From a virus (Duplodnaviria > Caudoviricetes): 64,000 nucleotides of DNA. Numbering within the stretch: position 1 is the stretch's first letter; every line of letters starts with the position of its first letter. Of this stretch, positions 37,934-46,313 are shown in pieces. The stretch covers positions 942 through 64,941 of IMG/VR virus record IMGVR_UViG_3300028809_000012. The stretch is one strand, 5' to 3'. The notes below the pieces were generated by a model, which saw only the letters and a program-made list of their open reading frames with translations, did not search any database and was not told the origin of the DNA. The position numbers were made by a program, and so were the translations under genes.

Positions 37934-38197
37934 ATGAGCGACGAACTTCCCTGTCTCACCCCGGAGCAGATCGCGCTACTCGCTCCCTTCGTGCGCGAGT
38001 ACGAACGGGCGTGCGAAAACCTGCGTGTCGTGCAGGCCCGCATGCAGGCTGAGGTCGCCCACGCCACGGAGGTACGCGACCTGTGTGGCCAGCGCATGCT
38101 GCGGGCGGGCGCGCTGGCGTTGGGGGGGCGTAGGGATCTGCAAATCGACTTTGACACGTTCGCAGTGCGTCAGGAAGGGGAGGCGTTCCCGGAATGA
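37934..38197 (+). CDS. Small coiled-coil protein (fibre chaperone?)
   Basis: Operon context. Confidence 0.45.
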   Translation: MSDELPCLTPEQIALLAPFVREYERACENLRVVQARMQAEVAHATEVRDLCGQRMLRAGALALGGRRDLQIDFDTFAVRQEGEAFPE

Positions 38198-38820
38198 GTC
38201 GCCGAGAGCGAACCCCACTGCGCTGCCATGGCATCAGCGATCCCGCAAAAGAAACGCGAACGCTCCTTCTGGCGGTCCGGCCCCGGCGGCATTCGATGCA
38301 CGCGTGGTGTGCGGCCCTCGACCACGTCAGTCGGCACCAGTGGTGGGAGGTTCTTCAACCACAGGCACACACGCTTGACTTCCCCGTGGCCGAAGTGCCA
38401 CGGCTGAAAGGTCTGGTCATGGCCTCTGCCGATAAGCGCGCGCCCGTGGCCGTGCATAACCGGGTTTTCCAGAGCGATGCGTGGAATGGGGGCGTCCCAC
38501 AGCAGACGGAAGAACGCCGCCGCAGTCTTCATATCCGCCCAGCGGTTCGGGTATCGCGGGTGCCGGCGGCGCCTAGCCACTGGCAACGCCGTGTCGTTCG
38601 GATGAAAGAGCCACTTCGAGGCGGCGTTCGTGAGGAAAGTGCAGGGCGGGTGCCCCACCAACAGATCCCACGGATCGTCCAGCACGTCGCGTACATCGCC
38701 TTGGTAATGTGGCCCTTCCGTTTCAGAGGGCAGGAGATCGCACGACATCGCGTAGTGGCCGGCACGGGTGAACGCATCGCGTACCGTGCCCGAAAATTCG
38801 CACGCAACAAGAACTCGCAT
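38170..38820 (-). CDS. Short DNA cytosine methyltransferase-like protein
   Basis: RVLVACEFSG, SCDLLP, DVRDVL, HPPCT, ENP, QPWHFGH, CLWLKNLP; own promoter TTGACT-N17-TACTTT at 38867-38895. Confidence 0.8.
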   Translation of the reverse strand: MRVLVACEFSGTVRDAFTRAGHYAMSCDLLPSETEGPHYQGDVRDVLDDPWDLLVGHPPCTFLTNAASKWLFHPNDTALPVARRRRHPRYPNRWADMKTAAAFFRLLWDAPIPRIALENPVMHGHGRALIGRGHDQTFQPWHFGHGEVKRVCLWLKNLPPLVPTDVVEGRTPRVHRMPPGPDRQKERSRFFCGIADAMAAQWGSLSATHSGNASPS

Positions 38821-38909
38821 GGCATTTCCTTTTTATGGCAGAGACGAATTTGTTTCCTCCATGAAGAAAGTAAACCCATTATCTGCGCCAGTCAAGAGAG
38901 GCATTTCAG

Positions 38910-41027
38910 ATGAGCCGCGCCGCGCTCCCCATCGTCTTCGGCGGCGGCGTAGACCGCCAGTCCGGTTCCAGCGCGGTTACGCCTGCGACCCTGGAGGTGG
39001 CGGACAACGTCGTCCTGCTCCGTGGGCGGGTGGCGCCGCGCAAGGGAATGGGCGAGTTGCGCAGCAATCTCGGCGGCTGCTCCTACGTGGCCGGAATGCA
39101 TCCGGACCGCAGCACGCTCCGCAGCGTCTTCGTGGCGGCCTTCGGGGCGCCGGGGCAGGACGATCACCGGCTGGAGGTGTGGGCCGGTACGGGCAGTGGT
39201 CGCGACGCGGCGCTGCTCGCGACGTGGGTCAATCCCTGCGAGTCGGTGGAGAAGGCCCGCGTCATCGCCACGCAGAGCGGCCCCTACGTCATCCTTGCCC
39301 ATGATGAGCCCAGCGTGGACCGCCGTGCGCCCACGGTCGTCGTGGATCTGGACGCGGGCACCGTCGTGCCCCTCAGCGCGGCGTGGGCGGGGGAAACGGG
39401 CAACTACCTGCGCTTCCGCGGGGTGTGCGCGTGGCTGGACTACCTCGTCGGTTGGGGTTTCGGCACCAATCTGGTGGACGATCCCCACATGATCCGCATC
39501 TCCGACATCGCGGACCCGCTCACTTTCCAAGAAGACGCATGGCTGAAGGCGGGGCAGGCAGGGGATGCGGTGCTCGCCTGCCTGCCGTCGCAGGTGGGGC
39601 TGGGCGGGGCGCTGCTGGCACGCAAGCAGACGGAGACGTTCGTCGTCACCGGCGACAACTTTGACAACTTCGGCGGTCCATCGCAGGTGGAGGCGCTGCA
39701 CGGGCTGGCCGCGCCGCGATTGGTGGTGACGGACGGGGCGACGGACTGGTTCTGGTCGTTGGAGGGACCGCGTGAGAGCCGGGGCGGGGTGTCGCAGAAC
39801 ATCGCGTGGCCGCTGGGGCTGTACCCGTGGCCCACGCCCTTCGACATCGCCGCCGCGGGGCTACTGGACGACGGATTTGCCGTGTACCAGCCCCGCGAGC
39901 GCGTGGTGCACTTCGTATTCGGCGCCAACGCCTACTCCTACACGCTGGAGTACCAGCAGTGGAGCTACGCCCGCCTCGCCACGCCGGTGCACTGCGGCAC
40001 CATTCTCTACGCCCGCAGCGGGTACGAGGGGGCCAGCCGCGGGTACCCGGACTTCGTGAGTGCCACGGCGGCGGACACCGACTCCTACACCATCGTGTGG
40101 GACGACGTGAGCCCGGAGGGCGACGAGACGGTGGAAGTGTGGCTGCGGCGGACCGGGGATGCATGGGGCACCTCTCCCACTGCCACCGCGTCGATCTCGC
40201 TCGCGCCGCAGGTCACGGTGGACGGGCTGTATGCGGGCAACTATGAGCTGGCGATCCGCTATAAGCGCGACGGCCTGTACTCCGCCGCCGGAACCGTAAC
40301 GGGACAGCCCACGTACGACTACACCGGCGCACCGAACACGTGGCCGGCGGTGTCACGCAGTACTTTCACCGTGGCGACCCCTGCCCCCAGCATCACTTCG
40401 CTGGTCTGGAGCCGCCAGAGCGCCAGCGTGGAACGTGTGGCGGTGACGTACGCGGGCACCTTCGTCGTTCAGATCCTCCGCAACACGGTCAACGACGCGG
40501 GCACCGCTACACTTATCCACACCGCGTCCGGTTCCAGTGGCACGTACAACGACGACGCACCGGGCACGGGTGAGACGACCGTCTACTATTTCGTGCGCCA
40601 TCGCTACCCCGACCTGACGACCGGGCCGGCATCGTCCGGATCCGCGCGCTGGATCGGCCCCAGCGCGCCGACCGGGCTGGAGCAGATCATCGCCAGCCCC
40701 ACGGAGCCGGCGGATTACTACATCTACACAGTGCAGTGGGACGCGCCGGCCGCGGGGGCGACCACGACGGTGGAGGACCAGTACCTATGCTCGTCCGTCT
40801 ATGCCACACGCGGCACCACGGCGGCGGATGCCGTCACCGTCAGCCACACGGTGCAGAAGGACAGCGCCATGAGCGAGGACGGTTCTGAGATCGTGGCGGA
40901 GTTTGCCGTGCGGGCGCGCCACAATCAGACGGCGTTCACTGTCACGGACAACGGGGAGTGGGCGGTACTGTCCAACGTGGCAGTCCGTATCGAGCCGGAC
41001 GAGACGGCGTTTGGGAGTTGCCCGTAA
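38910..41027 (+). CDS. Tail stabilisation/nozzle protein (P22 gp10-like) with FN3-like extensions
   Basis: GGVD...ADNVV...RKG start; propeller-like IRISDIADP..F; C-terminal Ig/FN3-like repeats. Confidence 0.65.
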   Translation: MSRAALPIVFGGGVDRQSGSSAVTPATLEVADNVVLLRGRVAPRKGMGELRSNLGGCSYVAGMHPDRSTLRSVFVAAFGAPGQDDHRLEVWAGTGSGRDAALLATWVNPCESVEKARVIATQSGPYVILAHDEPSVDRRAPTVVVDLDAGTVVPLSAAWAGETGNYLRFRGVCAWLDYLVGWGFGTNLVDDPHMIRISDIADPLTFQEDAWLKAGQAGDAVLACLPSQVGLGGALLARKQTETFVVTGDNFDNFGGPSQVEALHGLAAPRLVVTDGATDWFWSLEGPRESRGGVSQNIAWPLGLYPWPTPFDIAAAGLLDDGFAVYQPRERVVHFVFGANAYSYTLEYQQWSYARLATPVHCGTILYARSGYEGASRGYPDFVSATAADTDSYTIVWDDVSPEGDETVEVWLRRTGDAWGTSPTATASISLAPQVTVDGLYAGNYELAIRYKRDGLYSAAGTVTGQPTYDYTGAPNTWPAVSRSTFTVATPAPSITSLVWSRQSASVERVAVTYAGTFVVQILRNTVNDAGTATLIHTASGSSGTYNDDAPGTGETTVYYFVRHRYPDLTTGPASSGSARWIGPSAPTGLEQIIASPTEPADYYIYTVQWDAPAAGATTTVEDQYLCSSVYATRGTTAADAVTVSHTVQKDSAMSEDGSEIVAEFAVRARHNQTAFTVTDNGEWAVLSNVAVRIEPDETAFGSCP

Positions 41028-41030
41028 AAA

Positions 41031-41071
41031 ACACCTACCCCTGCCGTGGATTCCACGGCAGGGGTAGGTGT
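41031..41071. terminator. 20-bp perfect inverted repeat
   Basis: acacctacccctgccgtgga-t-tccacggcaggggtaggtgt after stop codon. Confidence 0.65.
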
Positions 41072-41203
41072 GGTGATGTTGTTCAAGCGTCCAGTTCACC
41101 AAACCGCGCCACGCTCCATACGGCGTTTCTAGGTCGCCTTCGTGCATGCTGAAGCCCCACCCGGCAATCAAACTAACTTGTCCTACAGGAGAACGCAAGG
41201 GCC

Positions 41204-42091
41204 ATGAAGCCACCCGTCAGATCCGACAAGAACCCGCCCCGTCGCCGCAGTCTGGCGGACGCCATCACGCAGGTGCTTTCCACCAACGAGCCGCGCCCGA
41301 AGGAGGTGCACCCGTCTTTGCTGGGCGGGCGGGACAACCCGTTCCAGCTCGGCGCCATCAGCAGCGTCGGAGGGCCGCTTCCCCAGCCCATGGCGGAGCG
41401 CGTCTTCAACAACATCGACGCGCTGGACGGGGATTACTACGGCGGCAACCCGGCGAAGCGTGCTCTGAGGCAGGTCAGGGATAACATGGGCGCGTACCGG
41501 ATGCAGGAAAGACCCGTGGACACGGCTAACCACGAGCCGCCCAACCAGGAATCCATTGACGGCTTCGCCCGCTACCTCGGCCTGCCGCAACCGAACCGCT
41601 CACTGGAGCCCAGCCCCTACAACCCCACCAACGCGCGCGAGAAGGGCGTGTACGTGCGCGCCCCGCGGGTGTGGGATGCGCTGCTCTCCGCACGCAGTAT
41701 CCCCTTCTCTTCGCCTTTCGGGGAAAGCGGGCGCGGTGGGGACTACATCCGTCCTCGTCCCAGTATCACCGACCCGCGGCGCAGCGCGGTGCGCATGATG
41801 TTGGACGCGACCGAGGCGGGCCCGGCGCACATCTTGGGAGACGACATTTTCGAGGAAGACAATATGTCCGCGGCCCTCCTCGCCAACTTTACGCTGGACA
41901 AGGGCGAGGACGAGGAGGGGCCGTATATCTCCCTCTACGACCGCTACGATCTGGACCGCGTGCCGCTGGCGGACAAGGTCGTGGGGCAACCCTTCGAGAT
42001 TTACGACCGCCTGTACTACGACCCGGAGACTTACGAGCCGCGCCGCGTTCCCAAGCCGATGGAAGCGCTCACCGCCCGGGGCCGGCCGTGA
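41204..42091 (+). CDS. Hypothetical protein
   Basis: 295-aa ORF; YISLYDRYDL...PFEIYDRLYYDP. Confidence 0.55.
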   Translation: MKPPVRSDKNPPRRRSLADAITQVLSTNEPRPKEVHPSLLGGRDNPFQLGAISSVGGPLPQPMAERVFNNIDALDGDYYGGNPAKRALRQVRDNMGAYRMQERPVDTANHEPPNQESIDGFARYLGLPQPNRSLEPSPYNPTNAREKGVYVRAPRVWDALLSARSIPFSSPFGESGRGGDYIRPRPSITDPRRSAVRMMLDATEAGPAHILGDDIFEEDNMSAALLANFTLDKGEDEEGPYISLYDRYDLDRVPLADKVVGQPFEIYDRLYYDPETYEPRRVPKPMEALTARGRP

Positions 42092-42585
42092 GCATCCCCG
42101 GACTTTTTTTCGGGCAGGCGGAAGACGATGGCGTGCTGGCCTGCGGGGAAGGCTACACGGATGCGGGCGAGGAGTACACGGCCCACATTCGCTCCAACCC
42201 CGTCGTGCCCGACGACACCGACGAGCGCATGTGGTTCGCGGTGTACCTCACGCTGGCGCACCGCATCGAGGCATCCGACCCCATGGACGCCGATGGCGTG
42301 GCCGTGACCGTCCGCGCCATCGTGGACGACGCAGAGGTGACGGAGAACGTGATTCAGCTTTCCCTGGAGCCGGTCACCGATCCGGACAACCCGCCGGCCC
42401 GCGTTCGCCGCGCGTACGAGGTGGCGTTGTCGGTTCCTCGCTACCGCGGGCTGGCGGAGGTGGGCAAGGACGTGCCCGCCGGGACCAACTTCCAGCTTGA
42501 ACTGGAGTGGCCCGGCAGCGACGTGGCCGTGGACGCGGCGTGGGTGGAGGTGGAGGAGACGGGCGAGGTCAGGGTGCCGGCTTAA
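42088..42585 (+). CDS. Hypothetical virion protein (resembles a nozzle C-terminal segment)
   Basis: GYTDAGEEYTAHIRS...GTNFQLELE. Confidence 0.45.
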   Translation: MSIPGLFFGQAEDDGVLACGEGYTDAGEEYTAHIRSNPVVPDDTDERMWFAVYLTLAHRIEASDPMDADGVAVTVRAIVDDAEVTENVIQLSLEPVTDPDNPPARVRRAYEVALSVPRYRGLAEVGKDVPAGTNFQLELEWPGSDVAVDAAWVEVEETGEVRVPA

Positions 42586-43064
42586 GAATTCATGCCCATG
42601 TACGCCCAACTGTTTTTCAGAATTCTTGGAAGATCGTCCATGAACTTGGCATCAAATGACATCATTACATCGTTGCGGATATCCCACCAGAAATCGGTGT
42701 CGAGAGGCCAACTTGTTGCGTCTTCTTCCACATGTGCGCGGAACCCAGTGAACTCCCGCGTCCTGGCCTTGCCGTACACCACATCGTGCATCATGCGTTC
42801 AAATTCTACAGGATCGTGCCGAGAGGTGAAGTCTCCGTAAGCAACCAACGTTTTTCCGTCGCGGCTCTGGATACCCTCCATCTTTACCTGCCTGAGTGCT
42901 TCCGCGCTTTCCTGAAGGCGCCGTAGTGATCTTGGCTTTGCTCCCCATTCAAATTCAGACGCTCCCATGTAATCGTCTTCTACGGCACGTGAATAAATGT
43001 CGGCGGCGGGATTGTATTTCTTCTGGATCGTGCCACGCTGAATATCGTAGGGTCGTTCAGTCAT
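42582..43064 (-). CDS. Hypothetical phage protein (lower GC)
   Basis: DYMGASEFEWG..P.SLRR...FWWDI.ND. Confidence 0.65.
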   Translation of the reverse strand: MTERPYDIQRGTIQKKYNPAADIYSRAVEDDYMGASEFEWGAKPRSLRRLQESAEALRQVKMEGIQSRDGKTLVAYGDFTSRHDPVEFERMMHDVVYGKARTREFTGFRAHVEEDATSWPLDTDFWWDIRNDVMMSFDAKFMDDLPRILKNSWAYMGMNS

Positions 43065-43263
43065 CGGGGTTCCCTTTTGCATATGTTAGATGTTGCCAAT
43101 CAGAGCACCACGCCGAAAATCAGCACTGCTGCACTGAGCCGATTAGCCGCCGCACGCCAGCAGCGCTGGCAAAGTTCGTGGTCGCGCTTTGCCCGGCGGC
43201 GCTTGTCCTTGCTGGTGAAAAACAGCGCCTTGTGCTTGTTGCAGTTGGCGCACAGGTGGGGTT

Positions 43264-43458
43264 TCATGGCGGGCCCTGCGCTACGTCAGGGTTCATCGCC
43301 TCCAACTCCCGCCACGGCAACGCGAAGTGCTCCCCATCCGCCGTCACCACATCGTAGTGCGTGGCGTTCTGGCCGCAGACCGTCACCGTTCTGTGCGCCA
43401 TCGGGCCGCCGTGGTACGGCACCCGCGCCACTACCGCGGCGCCGTCAGGAATCGACAT
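43264..43458 (-). CDS. Small hypothetical protein
   Basis: Leftward operon context. Confidence 0.4.
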   Translation of the reverse strand: MSIPDGAAVVARVPYHGGPMAHRTVTVCGQNATHYDVVTADGEHFALPWRELEAMNPDVAQGPP

Positions 43459-43810
43459 CGTCCGCTTCCCGTGGAACACGGCGAATGATGGCAAGCGTGT
43501 CGCTCAACACTTCCGGACCCACCTCCTTCCGCCCTTCTTCAACGTCGGCAAGCACTAACAGCGCATCGCGGATGGAGCTGTTCGCTGAACGAATATCGTC
43601 CGCCTCCACGACCTGAACGTTGATGGGAGTGTTACGGTGCGTCGCGATGAAGCGCACGGTTAGCAGCGGCGGCGTTTCCTTCGCCATGTCCCAGCCCTCG
43701 CCTGCCGCCTCCTCGTCCGGCCGTGACAAGCCCAGTACGTACGCCGTCCAGCCGAAGTGGAAATCGTTGACCGGCGTGACGATGAAGTGTCGCTTCTGGT
43801 TCTCAGGCAT
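43445..43810 (-). CDS. Hypothetical protein
   Basis: Leftward operon context. Confidence 0.45.
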   Translation of the reverse strand: MPENQKRHFIVTPVNDFHFGWTAYVLGLSRPDEEAAGEGWDMAKETPPLLTVRFIATHRNTPINVQVVEADDIRSANSSIRDALLVLADVEEGRKEVGPEVLSDTLAIIRRVPREADDVDS

Positions 43811-43815
43811 GTTCG

Positions 43816-44196
43816 TCACCCGTGGTGTTCGCGACCGTACAGCCAAGAGCCCGCGTCGTCATCGTCGTCGCGTTCATCTTGGTCGTCGCTGTCCGTGATG
43901 GCATACTGCGAATCCCCGTAGCTCACCTCGACCCAATGAGCGAGATCGCCGTCTTCGTGTTCACGGAGCCATGCAGTAAATTCCTTGCGTCTCTCGTCCC
44001 CCTCGTCTGACGCAGACCAGTGCTCCTTGGAGCCATCGGGGGCAACGAAGAAGGACGCATAGCCGTTTACCGGTGAATGCACCACCTCCGACACCTGTGC
44101 ATGTGCACCGAAAATCTCTCGCGCCTTCTGATGCATCGGGTCAATCGACTGGTACCTCACCGTTACGATGATGGCGTGGTGCTGAATGATTCCCAT
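43816..44196 (-). CDS. Hypothetical phage protein
   Basis: HHAIIVT...NGYASFFVAPDGSKE.W..SDEGD...WVEVSYG; AAGGAG RBS. Confidence 0.65.
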   Translation of the reverse strand: MGIIQHHAIIVTVRYQSIDPMHQKAREIFGAHAQVSEVVHSPVNGYASFFVAPDGSKEHWSASDEGDERRKEFTAWLREHEDGDLAHWVEVSYGDSQYAITDSDDQDERDDDDDAGSWLYGREHHG

Positions 44197-44241
44197 CGGC
44201 GTATTCTCCTTTCCCGTGTCGGCGTATTCATTCTCAAGCAC

Positions 44242-44294
44242 AATCTAATTCGCACTCGTAGGTAGCGCAAGGGGGTTGTTATCGACCAAAAACA
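44242..44294. promoter_or_regulatory. Leftward promoter TTGCGC-N17-TAGATT plus motif TATCGACCAAAAACA copy 3 (44280-44294)
   Basis: Read directly; same arrangement as at 26093-26145. Confidence 0.65.
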
Positions 44295-44354
44295 CAGCGT
44301 GCGCCATCGTTGCCGAAGCATGTCGCCGGCAATCTCACCCATGAGGACGAAACG

Positions 44355-44966
44355 ATGCCCTTCCCTCTCGCCGCAATCCCTGCTGCCATCTCCGTGGGCA
44401 GCGCTCTCTACGGCGCTCTCCGCGGCGGCAGCAGGCCGGGCGCGGACGAGCGCCGATACCGCAACATGTTCGACAGCACCGTGTACGGGCTGGGGCAGCG
44501 CGCCGATGGCATGAGCGATCGATTTGAACGCGATCTGGAGTCCTTCGACCCGGAGCCCTACTTCGCGCAGGCCACGGAAGCGAACCTGAACGCGTACGAC
44601 GATGATTTCGCGCGCAGCTACGCCTCCGGGCTCGGGCGCATGGTGGGACAGGGGCGCACGCCGTCCTACAACGGCCTCGGACTCCGCGACGCGCAGCAGA
44701 CGATCCGGCAGGGGCAGCAGGACCGCGCCCGCATCCGCCAGCAGGGAGCGGACAACCTCGCTGGAGCGCGGATGAACCTGTTGGGGATGCGCGGCGACTA
44801 CGCGTCCGGGCTCAGCAACCGCTACCTGGACGCCATCACCGGGCGCGCCAACACGCTGGAGGCGCAGCGCCTTGAAGACAATGCCAGCCGTCGCCGGGCG
44901 TGGGGACAACTCGCGGGCGGGTTCGGCCAGATCGCCGGCAGCATGGCGGGAGGAGGAAAGGTCTGA
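44355..44966 (+). CDS. Putative DNA ejection (internal virion) protein
   Basis: Hydrophobic Gly/Ala-rich termini, Q/R-rich middle. Confidence 0.6.
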   Translation: MPFPLAAIPAAISVGSALYGALRGGSRPGADERRYRNMFDSTVYGLGQRADGMSDRFERDLESFDPEPYFAQATEANLNAYDDDFARSYASGLGRMVGQGRTPSYNGLGLRDAQQTIRQGQQDRARIRQQGADNLAGARMNLLGMRGDYASGLSNRYLDAITGRANTLEAQRLEDNASRRRAWGQLAGGFGQIAGSMAGGGKV

Positions 44967-46309
44967 TGTACCGCGCGCCGATCAGCTCCGGCTGGGACGA
45001 CTTCGCGGGCGCCTTCTCGTCCGGTCTGGCGCAGGGGTACGACCGCTACCGGCAGGGGCGGGCGCAGCGTGCGGCCATGCAGCAAGAGCAGCAGAAGAAC
45101 GCTGCCCTGATGGCCCGGCAGGCGGAGCAGGACCGCATCGCCGCAGAAGACCGCAGGCGCAGGGTCGAGCTGGAGGACGACGAACTGGGCGTGATCCCGG
45201 AGGAATTGGGATACGAGAACGTGCCCACGATCAGCCAGCGCCCCACCGGACCGCTGGCGGCTATCACCGGCGGCGTCATGCCTGCGCCGGCTGGGCCGAT
45301 GAGCACGGCGCCTGCGGGCACCGCTGGTACGCTGCTGGGGGGCGCGCGTGGCGCCATCGAAAACACGCGCCCCTATATGGAGCAGCACCTTCGTCCCGGC
45401 CTTCGACGCGTTGGGAACCTGCTAGTGGACCCCACGCAGAGCCGCGCCTTCCGCAACGCGCAGATGGTGGAGGACGCACGGCGGCAGCGCGAGCTGGCGG
45501 AGGAGCGGGACCGCTTCCAGCAGGGCTACCGGGCGGCCATCGCTGCCGGCCACGACGAGGCCGCGGCGACCCGCTTCGGCACGCAGGCGGCGCTGGGGCT
45601 CAACATCCCACCCTCGCCGCGGCAGGCAGCCGTAGAACAGCGGGCCAAGCTGGAGATCGAGGACGAGTTCTCCCGCCGGGAGGAAGGTCGCAGAGAGGCA
45701 CGGGACGCCCGCGAACGCGCGGAGAGGCGTAAAGAGGAAGGCGCAGGTGGTGGACTCACGGTAAACCGCGCCCGCGACACCGCCGAAGGGATCGCGGCGT
45801 CCTTCGCCTATGAAATCCTCAACTGGCCGGGCGACCACGGCGGCGTTGCTCCCACGATGTCCAACGGGCAGCCCACGCGTCCACTGGAATACGTGCGTGG
45901 CAGACTGCGGGAGTGGGCGCGTACGGAAGGTATCCGCCTCACCGAAGGCGAAATCCGCTCCATCGCGCAGCAGCAGTTGAACGATTTGCAGAAGCAGTAC
46001 ATCGACAGCGGAGTGCTGCGCCCGGATGGGTCGTACAGGCCTGCTGCGCGCACCGGCGCCGGAACGCCGCAGCGGCAGAACCGTACGCAGCGCAACACGA
46101 CCCCACAGGTGAATGGCGCCACGGCCGGGCAAATCCCCGTGGGAGACGGGCCGCTCCCGCGCCGGGACGCACAGCAGGCCCGCACCTACATCATACAGTC
46201 CGGCATGAACATGGAGCAGTCCGTGGCCCGCCTGCGGCAGTTGGGACGCTCCGACGCGGAAATCATGCAGATCCTTCCCGAAGCGAATCTGGCGCAATTC
46301 CCACGGTGA
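44966..46309 (+). CDS. Putative DNA ejection (internal virion) protein
   Basis: Coiled-coil Q/R/E-rich; GGAGG RBS. Confidence 0.55.
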   Translation: MYRAPISSGWDDFAGAFSSGLAQGYDRYRQGRAQRAAMQQEQQKNAALMARQAEQDRIAAEDRRRRVELEDDELGVIPEELGYENVPTISQRPTGPLAAITGGVMPAPAGPMSTAPAGTAGTLLGGARGAIENTRPYMEQHLRPGLRRVGNLLVDPTQSRAFRNAQMVEDARRQRELAEERDRFQQGYRAAIAAGHDEAAATRFGTQAALGLNIPPSPRQAAVEQRAKLEIEDEFSRREEGRREARDARERAERRKEEGAGGGLTVNRARDTAEGIAASFAYEILNWPGDHGGVAPTMSNGQPTRPLEYVRGRLREWARTEGIRLTEGEIRSIAQQQLNDLQKQYIDSGVLRPDGSYRPAARTGAGTPQRQNRTQRNTTPQVNGATAGQIPVGDGPLPRRDAQQARTYIIQSGMNMEQSVARLRQLGRSDAEIMQILPEANLAQFPR

Positions 46310-46313
46310 TTGA

